A DNA stretch of 64,000 nt, from contig CM082582.2 of NCBI GenBank assembly GCA_040954595.2, positions 4,386,303 to 4,450,302 of the forward strand, read 5' to 3'. The first letter of the stretch is position 1, and each line of letters starts with the position of its first letter. Below the pieces are notes generated by a model. That model had not been told where the DNA came from, ran no database searches, and saw nothing but the letters and a program-made list of their open reading frames with translations. Below are positions 1 through 12,224 of the stretch, piece by piece. This DNA is from Balanoglossus misakiensis (lineage: Eukaryota > Animalia > Hemichordata). The translations under genes and the position numbers were made by a program.

Positions 1-138
1 TTTCCCAGTATTTTAGAATCTGCCATTTATGAAGACGTACATTGTGTGTACCATACACTTGGAAAGGCAAGTTTGATTTCTGGTGAAATACTTGTCGCGC
101 ACACAACTATAAAACATCACAATCAGTTGATTACATAC

Positions 139-3100
139 CTACAAGCGACTTCTGCGCAACTTTTTCTTTTGTTGCTACAATGATTTCTGGAAGTTTGGAG
201 ATTGGCACACACACATCAGTTGACATGCCCTACATGAAAATGAAAAGGCAAGAAAATTATTATTGTTAACTGTAAAATCATTCTTCAGTGATTTGCTGCA
301 GTTTTTAGGATTTACAATATTTAAGTATTCGTAACATTGACTTGAAATTACACTTCCCCAAATCGTAATCCCTTTCAAGGGGCATGGTCAAACATCATCC
401 ACTATGCTGGTTTCATTGAAAAACATTTGCAATATGACATCAACATTTGCCCTTTTTTAAACACACAACCAGTCTCACAAACACTCACAAACATTATATA
501 CATGTACCAGTACACATATCTGCATGCATGGTAACACACACATGTACATTTGTACACACTGACACACACACCCACACACATACCAAGGGAAAAATCCTTA
601 CCCTACATCCTGGTCTGAGAGCTATACACGCATAAAACAGATCATGGCGAGCTTTCCACAGTTTATTTCTCTCCTGCAAATCTTTTGCCCACACAAATTC
701 AGAACCACCATTACCCTTGGCAATCTCACCTGAAACAGTTGCAATTTTGTCAATTATAAACATGTTAAAATAGCATCCGATTTGAAGACGTGATCAACTC
801 ACATGGTTTTCCACCAGAATATTAGAAAAAAAATTTCACTAGATTGATTTCTCACACAAACTCAATGGCACCACCACAGGGATCATGATTAAATTCTTAC
901 CAACAGCTTGGGCGTTTTCCTCAACCAAGCTCTCTGATCCATGGAACTCAAGAAAGAGGGTAGGGGCAACTTTGTTGTCTAACTTGGAATATCTATTTAC
1001 AGCATCTATGGAAGCTTCATCCAGAAATTCTGAAGGAAAAAACAATGATGGATGAAACAGAAATAAAAGGGAAGTCGATCACTCTCATGTTCAGATAAAG
1101 TCATTTTCAAACTATTCCCCTTTTCACCTACTAGGCCCATAACTACACTGCAGATCTTTGAAATTGCACATGAAGTTATCTCCAGGGTTGGATCAAATCA
1201 ACGTTATCCTTGTACAATGAGGGACAAGCAAATGTAGTTGATGCACAAAACAAAAATATAGAAGAAATAGTGTCAGTGACATTGTGCTCCTATTTGATCA
1301 GAAATAATACATTAAAAACATCAAAAAGTGACATATATAATACACATTATTTCAAGACTCATTCTAATCAGACAGGAATTTTCTGGATTTACAAAGTGAA
1401 AACATGAATGAACCTAATCATGACCGCATCATCCATGTTCTATGGCCAGTGTCACACTGCGAAATGAACAGGGTCTGAAAATGGAGACTATCACATACCC
1501 TGAGTAAAGCATGCATGCACATCTACGAGAGAGTCATTGATCAAAAACACATACCTATACGTGCCATAGGAATACCAGATTGCATTACTTGCAACACTGT
1601 ATCAACTGCTGCATGTACTGTCTCAAAGGAACACACTGCTGACACTATCTACAATTGAAAAACATTGAAACTTTTCTTAGATTACCTTAAAGGTGGTCAC
1701 CCCTTATTTACATATGCCCATATGTGGTCAAAAGGGCGTGTCTAAGTCTTTGAATGATCATATTGTGGCCATGGCACACGTTTTTCACGTCCCGGGGATT
1801 ATTTTCATAATAATGTAGGTGGCTTAAATTAACTTGTTCAGGAATTTACAAGTCTAGTACTTTTCAATGCAATGCATTGCAAGGGCTGGTGTACAAAAAC
1901 TAAAAAGCTAACTCTAACTTAATAACCAAAGTTAACCCATCTTCCATATTAGACATATAGTCTAATATCACTTACAGATTCTGGTATTCCATGAAGTCTG
2001 ATGGTTGCCTTGGTAATGAATCCCAGAGTTCCTTCAGAACCCACAAACAAATTTGTTAAATTGTATCCAGCTGATGTTTTCCTGTAATGAAGGACGTTGA
2101 GTTTCAATACTATAATATCTCTGTGTGCTCTTGTGAATTGTGGTACAGGAGTTCCTGTGTTAGTGTCAGACTATTGAGATCGGGGAGATGGAATTATAAA
2201 TACCAGCAATGAAAACATGTCTGGAATACACATTTTAGTAATTTCCCCTTTGTGTCTGAAAGCGTTACTCTGTGTAGTGTATTATTTAATGTTTAATGTT
2301 GATTGTCTCTTTCATGTTCAACTAGTTAATGATGAAATTTAAAGACTACAATTTTATTAATGCCTGAAATTCTGCCTGTACTGGCCAGCAGTCACACCCC
2401 TATACAATATATGACACTAAAACAATAAATATCATATCCACATTATTGTGCCAATGCCAAGAATGTGCATAATAATTCTCACCCATAATTTCTCTGTAAT
2501 TCTCACCTTGACCTTTTACCTTTGCCCGCTGTATGAATAACTGTCCCATCAGGCAAGACAACTTCCAAGTTCAAGACATTCTCTCTCATTGTTCCGTATC
2601 GTACAGCGTTTGTACCGGAAGCACTGGTTGCACACATTCCACACACACTGGCATCCGCTCCAGGATCTATTAAGGTAGATGGGAACATCCAGTTTTTCTC
2701 TATATGTCTGTTTTTAACATTCATTGACACACAATATATATATAAAAATCAGGAAAATGACAATAGTCTAAATTTTGTGCAGTCCACTACCTTAAAGTGC
2801 AAAAAATATCATTGTAATAACAGACTAAAAGTAAAATATGTGAAATAAACTTACCCACTGGAAACCAAAGGCCCTGGTCTCTTAGATACTCATTCAGCAT
2901 TTTCCTGGTTACACCAGGTTCTACTGTCACGTCAAAATCATCACTGTTAAGACTGACTACAGTGTCCATCCTTGTCAAGTTCACGCACACACTACCAGGC
3001 TGAAAAGATTATTGTATAACCATAGTTCAACACAAATGTAACAGAGAAGCATGATTTGGTCATTTATTTATTTGCATATTTATTTATTTGCAACATATCA

Positions 3101-3788
3101 ATATACTCTTGTTTATTTACTTATTTGCAGCCTATAAATTTTTTGAACATGGTACTTTGCTTTACGTAAATTGTAAGGTTTATAACTGCAAAAAATAATA
3201 AGCCAAAGTTATTGTCACAATCTCTGTCTTCATGTATTCACCCTTTCACCCCCAGTTCCCTCTTTAGAGGTCCAACCTTACCATATAAAACATTAGGTTT
3301 GGACTGAACCATGGTGGTGATAGGGTTAATGGAATGCAAAGGAGTTCATACCTCTGTTGGTAGGAAGCCTCCTTCTATCCCTGTGCCAGTGCCAAATGGA
3401 ATCATGGGAAGGTTGTTTGCATAACATAGTTTGGCAACTTTGCTGACTTGTTGTGTGGTCTCCGGCCAAACAACGATATCTGGAGCGTAAGACCTGATGA
3501 CAAGAAAAGGATGATGAACACAACAGGGATCATAACATGCCTCAATGTGAGTGCAAAATCAATGGATTAAATAAATTTGAATAGGCAATATCTGGGAATG
3601 TAGTGTGGGTCAGTGAACGTTGTGTAGACTGGTTGCCATGGCAACCAAGTCAGATGAAACTAGTCTGATGAGGCATGGCAGTGATAAAAATATTATTCAG
3701 TCATATTACCATCACCACCACCACCACCACCACCACCACCATCATCACCATCATCATCATCATCACCACCACCACCACCACCACCACC

Positions 3789-3819
<31 letters not shown>

Positions 3820-3860
3820 CCACCACCACCACCACCACCATCATCACCACCACCACCACC

Positions 3861-3891
<31 letters not shown>

Positions 3892-3905
3892 CCACCACCA
3901 CCACC

Positions 3906-3939
<34 letters not shown>

Positions 3940-4034
3940 TCATCACCACCACCACCACCACCACCACCACCACCACCATCATCATCATCATTACCACCAT
4001 CGTCATCATCATCACCACCACCACCACCACCACC

Positions 4035-4068
<34 letters not shown>

Positions 4069-4076
4069 TCATCACC

Positions 4077-4110
<34 letters not shown>

Positions 4111-5720
4111 TCACCACCACCACCACCACCACCACCACCACCACCATCATCATCATCATTACCACCATCGTCATCATCATCACCATGCACCATCATTACC
4201 ACCACCACTGAACATCACCAGCATGATTATCATCATTCACCATCAACAGCTCCATTGACTGGTCTTCTGATATCACAGTAAAATAGAAATAAAGTACACA
4301 GGTACGTATTATCAAAAGAACAGGCCAAGAGCTTGCAGAGGGGATCATAATCTCTTCTCATCAAATACCGAACAGGAAAATTAACTCACGTGTAGTAAGA
4401 TTCACTTTGTGCATGATGGTCTCTGACAGCTTGTGATGTGGCGACATTACTTTCACTCAGTACAGCCTTCAATGCATCTATCACATCACTGCCAATGTTC
4501 ACAGGTTTCTGAAAAGGTATGCAAAAAATTAACACATATCACATTCTGATACAATTAATGACATTTAGAAATCCAGACACAAATTCAATTTTCAATGGAG
4601 CTAATGCATATGTCTTTAAAAATATAAGTTTCATCATTACAGCAGGGCTAGTTATACTTTGCGAAACAACGAAACAGCGAAACGATGAAACCATTATTAA
4701 AATAGGGGCCAGTCATCAAGACGGTGGCGTATGATTTTTTTAAAAGTTTCCAAATTAAAACGTAAGCGAGCCAAGAAAATTACAGGTCACATAAATTGTT
4801 TTCTCGGAAATTCAACATTAGAATTTGGCGTTGGAAACAAACGGCGGGTCGCCAGTTCCTGGTCTGCGGCCTGGTACTATGTAGTGGTAGAGTCGACGTC
4901 GTGTGCGCGCAAACGATTCATGCCAAACTGCTACATATACACAGTGAATATACGCGCGCGCACAACGAAACCACAAAAGATCGAAACCTCAAAATGCGGC
5001 AGCAACTGACACTATTTCCTTAAATACCACAAGGCGGGGAGGCATGAATTGCAATTAAGATAATAAAGAAATTTCGACAATGATACTGTGTTGTGTGAGT
5101 TACACGTGTTTCTATATATAACTACTACTCTTACCCCCCATCAGTGTTTGACCCTCGAAAGCTTACGGACACTACTGCTTTTTTTCAACTAATCCTTAGC
5201 CCTGTGAATATACTCGTACATTGACCTTTTGGGGCGGGATTCTTTTTTGGCGCGCAACCACTAGTACCAGGCCGCAGACCAGGAACTTATTTGGAAACTT
5301 TTAAAAAAATAATACGCCACCGTCTTGATGACTGGCCCCTATTTTAATAATGGTTTCGTCGTTTCGCTGTTTCGTTTCGCTGTTTCGTTGTTTCGCAAAG
5401 TATAACTAGCCTTACAGCAGTTATCAATGGAACTTGTTTTCACAGCCAACGGTGGCGGCGTGAAAGGTCATTGAACTGTGAAGGGGACCCACTTATGACC
5501 CACTTTCCCAGGGAGAGTCGTTATGCTATGGTTTAGCCACACACGACAGCAGATACCGGTCGATCTACTGTTTATAACGGTTTACCTGATGTTGCTGTCG
5601 AGTTTGTATTTTCTGAGCATGACCCAATGTTGCCACGGCGCTGTCATTTCTTCTTGCTCCGAGTTTCAGCAGCTTGGTTGCAAAATTTGCGAGACCAGCG
5701 ATTCTTTTAGTATACATCAT
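139..5720 (-). CDS. LDHD: Mitochondrial D-lactate dehydrogenase (FAD-linked oxidase), 5' portion; further 3' exons lie outside the window
   Basis: Ten phase-compatible GT-AG exons: 5586-5720 ([24 protein letters not shown]..., basic transit-peptide-like), 4390-4508, 3352-3493 (PDIVVWP...[12 protein letters not shown]), 2855-2999, 2507-2666 ([32 protein letters not shown]), 1976-2081 ([20 protein letters not shown]), 1555-1648, 901-1029, 602-729, 139-229 ([13 protein letters not shown]). Confidence 0.95.
3241..3325. mobile_element. ~85-bp MITE with CCCTTTCACC...GGTGA(A/T)AGGG ends (piggyBac-like, family A)
   Basis: Terminal inverted repeats with TTAA at the right flank; related copies at 29965-30036, 37434-37518, ~43593-43677 and 43749-43833. 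Confidence 0.75.
3706..4207. repeat. Compound (CAC/CAT)n trinucleotide array in an LDHD intron
   Basis: About 500 bp of alternating CAC and CAT blocks; source of the poly-H/T/G/V ORFs. Confidence 0.97.
4646..5411. mobile_element. Non-autonomous TIR transposon with 9-bp TSD (Mutator-like) in LDHD intron 1
   Basis: Roughly 110-120 bp TIRs (GGCTAGTTATACTTTGCGAAACAACG... / ...CGTTGTTTCGCAAAGTATAACTAGCC). Exact TSD TTACAGCAG at 4637-4645 and 5412-5420. A second inverted pair lies at ~4854-4878 / ~5263-5288. Confidence 0.9.
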
Positions 5721-7391
5721 AAGTATAAGAATTCATCGCATTACATATCCACGATGAAATCTATATCCCTTTGTTTCAACTGCCATCCACCATGCACTGC
5801 AACTTTGTCGCTTTTGAGCCACAGTCTCGTGTCTGCTGTGTACATTATTATGACCTGTGTCAGATCCAAATCGAGTTCGGGCAGACCTCCAGCGTCAGTA
5901 TAGGGATGGACCATTTCATATCCTTGGGGGGGGGGGGGTCAGGAAGATCGAGAATGTGGAATTTAAACAGCATCTGTAGTTTAGTGTTATCTTGTATGTG
6001 TTTCAACAAGACTAACATATTACAGTTTACAGGTACATGTACCATTAAAACTCAGTTAACTATTACTATACACACAGTGCCAAATAATACATTACTGGAA
6101 CAAAGTGTTTACACTAGATACCTCGTAGTCATACGTGTCATAAAATTAATTTAATAGTCTGTAATGTGTAGGGTATGTTTTGTTGTGTGTTGTGATATGA
6201 TCAATCACATGTAAAGTGATCATAAAATAATAAATTTGTTGAAATACTGACAATTTTTCCACAATTGTGTCACTTTTGTCACCGGGGGGGGGGGGTCGTA
6301 TTTTTTTCCTAATCTCAGGGGTCATACTTACTGGCTCCACACTGGGGGTCGACCAGATTTTACAATACACTGGTGATGTGTAAATCCTGAAAAAAAAATG
6401 CCAGGCACCCAAAACTAGGGAATTGGTACTGTTCCAAAAATTTATCTACAAGAGTTCATTACAGTTGTGTTGCATAGTAGTGATCATATCTGATACTAGA
6501 CAGGCATAGTTCTATAGAAAAGGTGGTTGTTGTTGTTTTTTCACTATACCAAGGTGTAATTCGAGGCATCATGCCTTGGGTAAAGAACAGTCACCAATGG
6601 GTGCTCCCGGCATGGACTGTCTCGTTTCCATCTGTCTTATTGGCTGAAAAACACTGTGACTGGCGCATATTTGACACAGGGAAAGAAGCAAGTAAAAAAA
6701 TTGACACGAAAAGGAAATTATGATAAATACATTTTATTACTAATTTTCCCAATAAAATTGAACATGAAATGTGGCTATATGCATGGTAAAGTGTGTGACA
6801 AAGCTTATAACTAGTGTGTACTTAGGAGTAAAGGTGGTTATAAATAGCACAATTGTACAGAACTGGCTTGGAGCCCCCGAAATAAGAAAAGTTGCAATGT
6901 ACACACATGGAAAATGAACATAATTGAAGATATATATGAAGATATTGTCCATTTACATTTAGCAGCCGAACCTATGCATATAGACACAGTCCCACAAGAA
7001 TGGACAATAAATTCAGTGAGGATTTGTTAATAAACGTACTGACTAGACATATTTGGGTAAAAGTATGACATCTGTCGCCCTTCAAGCATGGAAGTCACCA
7101 AAAAAGACATTATTTTTGGGACTTTACTACACATCTGCGAGTGAATGGTAATTTTTGCTTCTTATGCAATCAAAAAATCCGCATGTACTGGAAAATTTTG
7201 GAAAATATCTTTTTTATTCATTTAAAAAGCGAGAAAGTCTTGTAACAGAGTGATGACAGAGAAGAGAATGTGCTCCATTGTCACAGTTGGCGACAGATAC
7301 TGTTTCTTTCTGTAAAAAATGAGATTGTACATAAAGGCTGGTGGCCTAAAGTACTGAATAAAGCTTGTTATTATATAATAGTATTCCATTT

Positions 7392-9209
7392 TTAAAACCA
7401 TCTCAGTATTTTATTAAACTGACTGTATCTAAGCCAATTTCCGAAAAAATTCATCATGGTCCCATGACGAGTATGTCTTGATATGTCACATGCGGAACTA
7501 TCTTCAACTAATTCGGCACACCACAGACAAATCATAGCGACCCCAAAACACCATCTGTTGTATATGAAAACAACCCAGTACCTATGTGGCAAAATTGATT
7601 CATTGGTAATGAATGCCGCTGCGGCATACATTGCGAACCCTAAGTTCATCATATCTGCTAGAGTGAGTCCTGTAGGAACGATAAATCTATACGGTGATTC
7701 GCCTATATGATGCCCTCTCAAGGTCACGGATAATTCGTATCTTCCTTCCCTCCACAGTACAAATGATAAACGATGTGTTACGCCGTTTTCGCTGCTTTGA
7801 ACAAGTTTCAAGTCCAACACCTTTCCTCTAGGGTCGACCAGAACTGCTTTCAGCTCATCATTGCACCCATGAACGCTCTCGCCATCAAAGTTCTTGGCGT
7901 AAACAGTGAATTCTGCTATTTCACGGACTTCCTTCAGGCTTTTCGCGTTTTCGCATCTCAGTGTGGAGGTCGATGGCAATGCAGGTAATGACCAATTAGT
8001 AAAGTCTGCACGATCACTGACACATAATACGTCATAATTTGATTTGAAATCAGACGACATTGACAGAACCTCGTCGGCGTGATTCAACGCGACTTTACCT
8101 TCCAATACTAACTTCACATCTGTCTTAAGACTCATTACATTTTCCACGTGTAATAAAGCCCGTCGTGAACTGTCTTCTGTTTTCCTTAAGCGCCTGATAT
8201 CTCCCTGGATGTCTCTATTCATTCTAAAATATCGCCCTCTCAGATTTGGAAGAAGTTCTGGGGTGTTTGTTCTTGATCTTTCAGACTCCAGATGCTCGTA
8301 CTGTTCATCCAGTGAAACGCCGCACTCTGTCGCCTTTTTAATGCTCTCAGCAGTAACCATCCTTTTGTTGATCAACTGTTTACTTCGATCTTCAAGGTCA
8401 TTATAAACTATCAAAGCGGCTTCTTTTGGCATCTTGAACTTGTGCGACTCGGAGCCGTGCTCATCCTCTCGGCAAATCTCGCAAGTCAACTTTTTACATG
8501 TTTCACAATACTTATCCAAGTCCTTTTCATGATGCACACAGACTGGGTCAGGATTGTGAATCTTTTCAACTAACTGGGCGACAAGTTCACGCGCCGTTTG
8601 ATTTTGCACAGTGAGTTCCTCTACATGTCTTTGCATTTCCGCTAAAAATAATTTCTGTGTCTCCTTGTCCATACTTTCTTTCTTGAGTTTTTCTATATCA
8701 CTCCTCTTTGCACCAAGGCGTATTAATGCATCGCTAATTTCGCACCAAAGATTTTCAAAGGCTGAAGTGTCTATATTCGTATTGATCATGTGTGCCAAGT
8801 AATTTCTGTATAATTTCACTCGGACAATGTCAGCTTCCATACTATGGTCTTTCTTATGTGGTTGTTTGTCCCAACCAGTTCTCGGCTGTTGCAGGTTGCA
8901 AATGTTCCTGAAAAGGACCATAAACACAGTTATATCAAAGTCTGCTGACGTCACCGATTTTGGAGCTTTTGGGTACAGGATTTCCCACTCCTTTCTGCTT
9001 AATACTCGTCTCGTTTTGAGGTCGTTCAGCGTTCGTTTGTGACCCGGGTGAGCCAGACACGCAGCTAGTGTAGACGGTGGATTCATCTGATCGAAAACGG
9101 CTCTCAATGTTTTGTTTCCTCCGTCCGCGATGAGCCGCCATAGCCGAGCGTGGTTCGTCCTTTCAACAGTTGATCTAAGCTCGTCTGTGAGGTCAATAGG
9201 AGTCGCCAT
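7392..9209 (-). CDS. HEPN (DZIP3-like)-B-box-coiled-coil-filamin protein with C-terminal hydrophobic (predicted TM) tail; RING-less TRIM-like, 605 aa
   Basis: Single open exon from ATG 9209 (MATPIDLT). HEPN signature DFDITVFMVLFRNIC...TGWD...ADIVRVKLYRNYLAH; B-box CVHH..YCETCKKLTCEIC..EH; helical coiled coil; filamin-type ...EGRYELSVTLRGHHIGESPY; two hydrophobic stretches near the C terminus. Confidence 0.88.
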   Translation of the reverse strand: MATPIDLTDELRSTVERTNHARLWRLIADGGNKTLRAVFDQMNPPSTLAACLAHPGHKRTLNDLKTRRVLSRKEWEILYPKAPKSVTSADFDITVFMVLFRNICNLQQPRTGWDKQPHKKDHSMEADIVRVKLYRNYLAHMINTNIDTSAFENLWCEISDALIRLGAKRSDIEKLKKESMDKETQKLFLAEMQRHVEELTVQNQTARELVAQLVEKIHNPDPVCVHHEKDLDKYCETCKKLTCEICREDEHGSESHKFKMPKEAALIVYNDLEDRSKQLINKRMVTAESIKKATECGVSLDEQYEHLESERSRTNTPELLPNLRGRYFRMNRDIQGDIRRLRKTEDSSRRALLHVENVMSLKTDVKLVLEGKVALNHADEVLSMSSDFKSNYDVLCVSDRADFTNWSLPALPSTSTLRCENAKSLKEVREIAEFTVYAKNFDGESVHGCNDELKAVLVDPRGKVLDLKLVQSSENGVTHRLSFVLWREGRYELSVTLRGHHIGESPYRFIVPTGLTLADMMNLGFAMYAAAAFITNESILPHRYWVVFIYNRWCFGVAMICLWCAELVEDSSACDISRHTRHGTMMNFFGNWLRYSQFNKILRWF

Positions 9210-9690
9210 TTTGAAAGAACAATACGATTTATCCGGGGTCGTTGTTCGGGGACAACAGCGATCAAAGATCCACACCCGCCTTGGTAATGGTATATCTCGG
9301 TTGTATAAGGTCCACCTGATGTTACTCTAGCGTTGCAGCACTCCAAATATGACTTTTTACCACCTGCAAACAAAAGAGGATAGTGTATCTTTAAGCGTTG
9401 AAATCTGCACATTTTTGACGGAAACGTAGAGGTACCAGGCAAACACAAAGTACAGCGCTGCCTGCCAATGAATCTTGTTGTGAAAAGCTGTACTCCAAAG
9501 CATAATAGTCAGTGTATTATCCATGTACCTCCACAGGAGGCAGATTTCCCTTGGAGTGATAGTTTTACTTACAGATTGGGTTGCGTTCGGTCACTCAAAA
9601 CAATAAGTTTAGGATTTTGTTTTTGGGAACGTCATTGTATTGTGAGGGAATCCCCATGTATCCCACTGTGCTCTGCGCTGTAAGTTAAGC

Positions 9691-9710
9691 CATAGACTCT
9701 AGGGTCTATG
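9691..9710. mobile_element. 20-bp palindromic mini-insertion flanked by a 7-bp direct repeat
   Basis: GTTAAGC-[CATAGACTCTAGGGTCTATG]-GTTAAGC; the insert is self-complementary except for one pair. Confidence 0.55.
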
Positions 9711-10381
9711 GTTAAGCACGATCGCAGGAGGTGAATGTTTGGATATATGCTTATAAGGCTTTGGCCAAAACAAAACACTTTCCTGTTGGTTTTTCTCATT
9801 CGTTAGTAGGTTTAGAAATACGGGTTGGAGAAACAAAAATTGTAACCATAAGGTTATCTATGTGGCGCCCCCTGTACATGTACTGTCCTTCGTCAAAAGA
9901 ATGCATAGCCCCTCCAATCAACGTCACTCCACATCAGCCCGTACATTTAGCTTACCGATCTTCTGAACCCTCTTCTCGTTATTTGAGCACAGCTAAAGAT
10001 ATTTGAAACTGGGTGTGTGAGTGAAAAAATCGAAAGGACATACTTGGTATTTTGGTATAGGTTTGTGGACCCCCGGCTTTGAGCGCCCCCACTGGCCAAC
10101 TTCAATTTTTTCCCTTGTCCTCTGAATGACGTCTGATAATTACTGGTCGCAGCCCACAACACATATTCTTTACTATCAATCACGTTATCTGGCCATGTGA
10201 CCCACGGCGTTGTCATTTTCAGATGACGGGCAAGCAATATTTCGGCATCCAGAAAAAGATTTTCTGAGTATGTTTTTACTTTAGAGCCGCCAAACACATA
10301 ACATGTATCAGGTATGGTGCCTCGACGTAAAGTCCACGTTGCTGAAGTTGCCCTTTCGCATTCACATTTCCAGATGACGGG

Positions 10382-10869
10382 CATGGTGCAGTGGTGAGCT
10401 GAAAGCAGTTCTGGTCGACCCTAGAGGAAAGGTGTTGGACTTGAAACTTGTTCAAAGCAGCGAAAACGGCGTAACACACCGTCTATCATTTGTACTGTGG
10501 AGGGAAGGAAGACACGAATTATCCGTGACTCTGAGAGGGCATCATATAGGCGAATCACCGTATAGATTTATCGTTCCTACAGGACAAACTGTAGCAGATA
10601 AAGTGAACCTGTCGTTCGCAACATTTGCAGGAGCAGCATTCCTTACCAGTGAATCAATTACTCCACATAACTGGTATTTTTTCATATGCCACAGAATATG
10701 CTTTGCGGGCCTTATGCTTTGTGTATGGTGTGCCGAATCAGCTGTAGATAGTTCCGCATGTGACATATCAAGACATACTCGTCACGGGACCATAATGACG
10801 TTTTTCGGAACTTGGATTAGATACAGTCAGTTTCACAAATACTGGGGTCATTTTGTGAACAGTCTATAG
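10382..10869 (+). pseudogene. 5'-truncated inverted paralogue of the 3' end (half filamin + TM tail) of the 7392-9209 gene
   Basis: 10395-10584 matches the reverse complement of 7668-7857 with 5 mismatches in 190 nt, then a diverged but open tail to TAG at 10867-10869. No HEPN, B-box or start codon upstream. Confidence 0.85.
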
Positions 10870-12224
10870 TATACCCAAAACCTTGCATCGCTATGCGGAT
10901 CCTGATAGAGATCACTTTTGGCCAATCAGGCACTTTCATTACTAGGCCCAATCACACATCGAGTTTACCCTCTCAATGACAATGTAGCAATTTGTGCTTA
11001 TGTTATTACGTCCGTCTCATGTTCTTTTACAACTTTTGGAATTTTCCCGTCAGTTGGGTTCTAGCGGTTGAGTTATTACAGCAATAAACGTGCCTTTTGC
11101 ACTTAATGTTGGTCGTGCGTGTCAGACATCATTTAAGGAACCTTGTTCATCTAAAATACCGCAACAGATTTTTATAAATATATATATATATATATGGCGG
11201 AATATTGAAATAGTTTTCTAAGCTTTCTTGGAAAAAGTCGATAAATTAAAAGGCCATACAACATAAATCAATGATATATATATATGCTTAATTAAAGATT
11301 GTATTTTTGGACGATTCAGACATCGTCAGAGTCGAGCTACGAAGTTGGGTTATTTAAACATTTGTGCAATCACCAGGAAACATTAGTGATGATTGTGAAT
11401 TCAAAATAAGTTCTCTCGTCATACAACCTAGTGTAAAGGCGACCGTTACTGTCTATCCCAAACAACAGGTCAATTTTGGATTATTCATAGGTTGATGTTT
11501 TGAACTTGAGCCGCACTCCCCCCCCCCGTATGAAAATAGGGGGAGTACCCCCGGGTGTATCGGCTACGAATGACCCTGGAATGTCAGGTCAGAGTCTATT
11601 TTGTCAATCAACAATCTGTGTGCCCTGTTTAACTAAGTTGTAGCCTGGGTGCTTGCGCCGATCGGTCGATCATACAACGGATATGATCGTCATTTGATGG
11701 AAACCAGGACTGGTATGTAATATCTCTGAAACCTGATCATTAGTACTCAAAACTAGGCGAGGCACAGAACTATTTCAACAGACCTACCACAATGCATATT
11801 TCATCATATCCGGGTGTTATCAAGTCTGTCGCAGCGGTGTCATTCAGACTTTGGTCTTTGAATCCAGATCATGCAAAAGATATCGATCAACTTGTTGGTA
11901 ATATGGTAAGCTCATTTTAATGGGGCGTTGGAGACGGCATGCACAATGTTAGTAATATCATGATTGCACCATTACACAGATGTATAATTAACTTTTGTTT
12001 TCATTTTTGTCATTCCTTATATTCAGTTCGTTGATTTAGCTAAGTCGTGTTGATGTTATGAATCACGTTGTTGTTAAACCACCTGTTGGAATGTCCTACT
12101 GCAGACAGACAGTGTACTTGACTGTCCAGGCCCCGTCCAGGGTCGGTCTGTTTGAACCTGTCAAGAAAATTACCTATATGTGTTGTCACTATCTTTACTG
12201 CAGGCTGTCGACTTTTGAAACAAT

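Noticed and set aside
3620-4258. Poly-His/Thr/Gly/Val ORFs
   Set aside because: Artefacts of the (CAC/CAT)n array inside an LDHD intron.
9210-9275. 22-codon N-terminal extension of the 627-aa ORF
   Set aside because: Starts at a non-ATG codon; the ATG at 9209 has good context and aligns with the paralogue's start.
9947-10384. 145-aa minus-strand ORF abutting the orphan tail fragment
   Set aside because: No recognisable motif and no similarity to the HEPN-TRIM genes; cannot be supported as a gene without a homology search.
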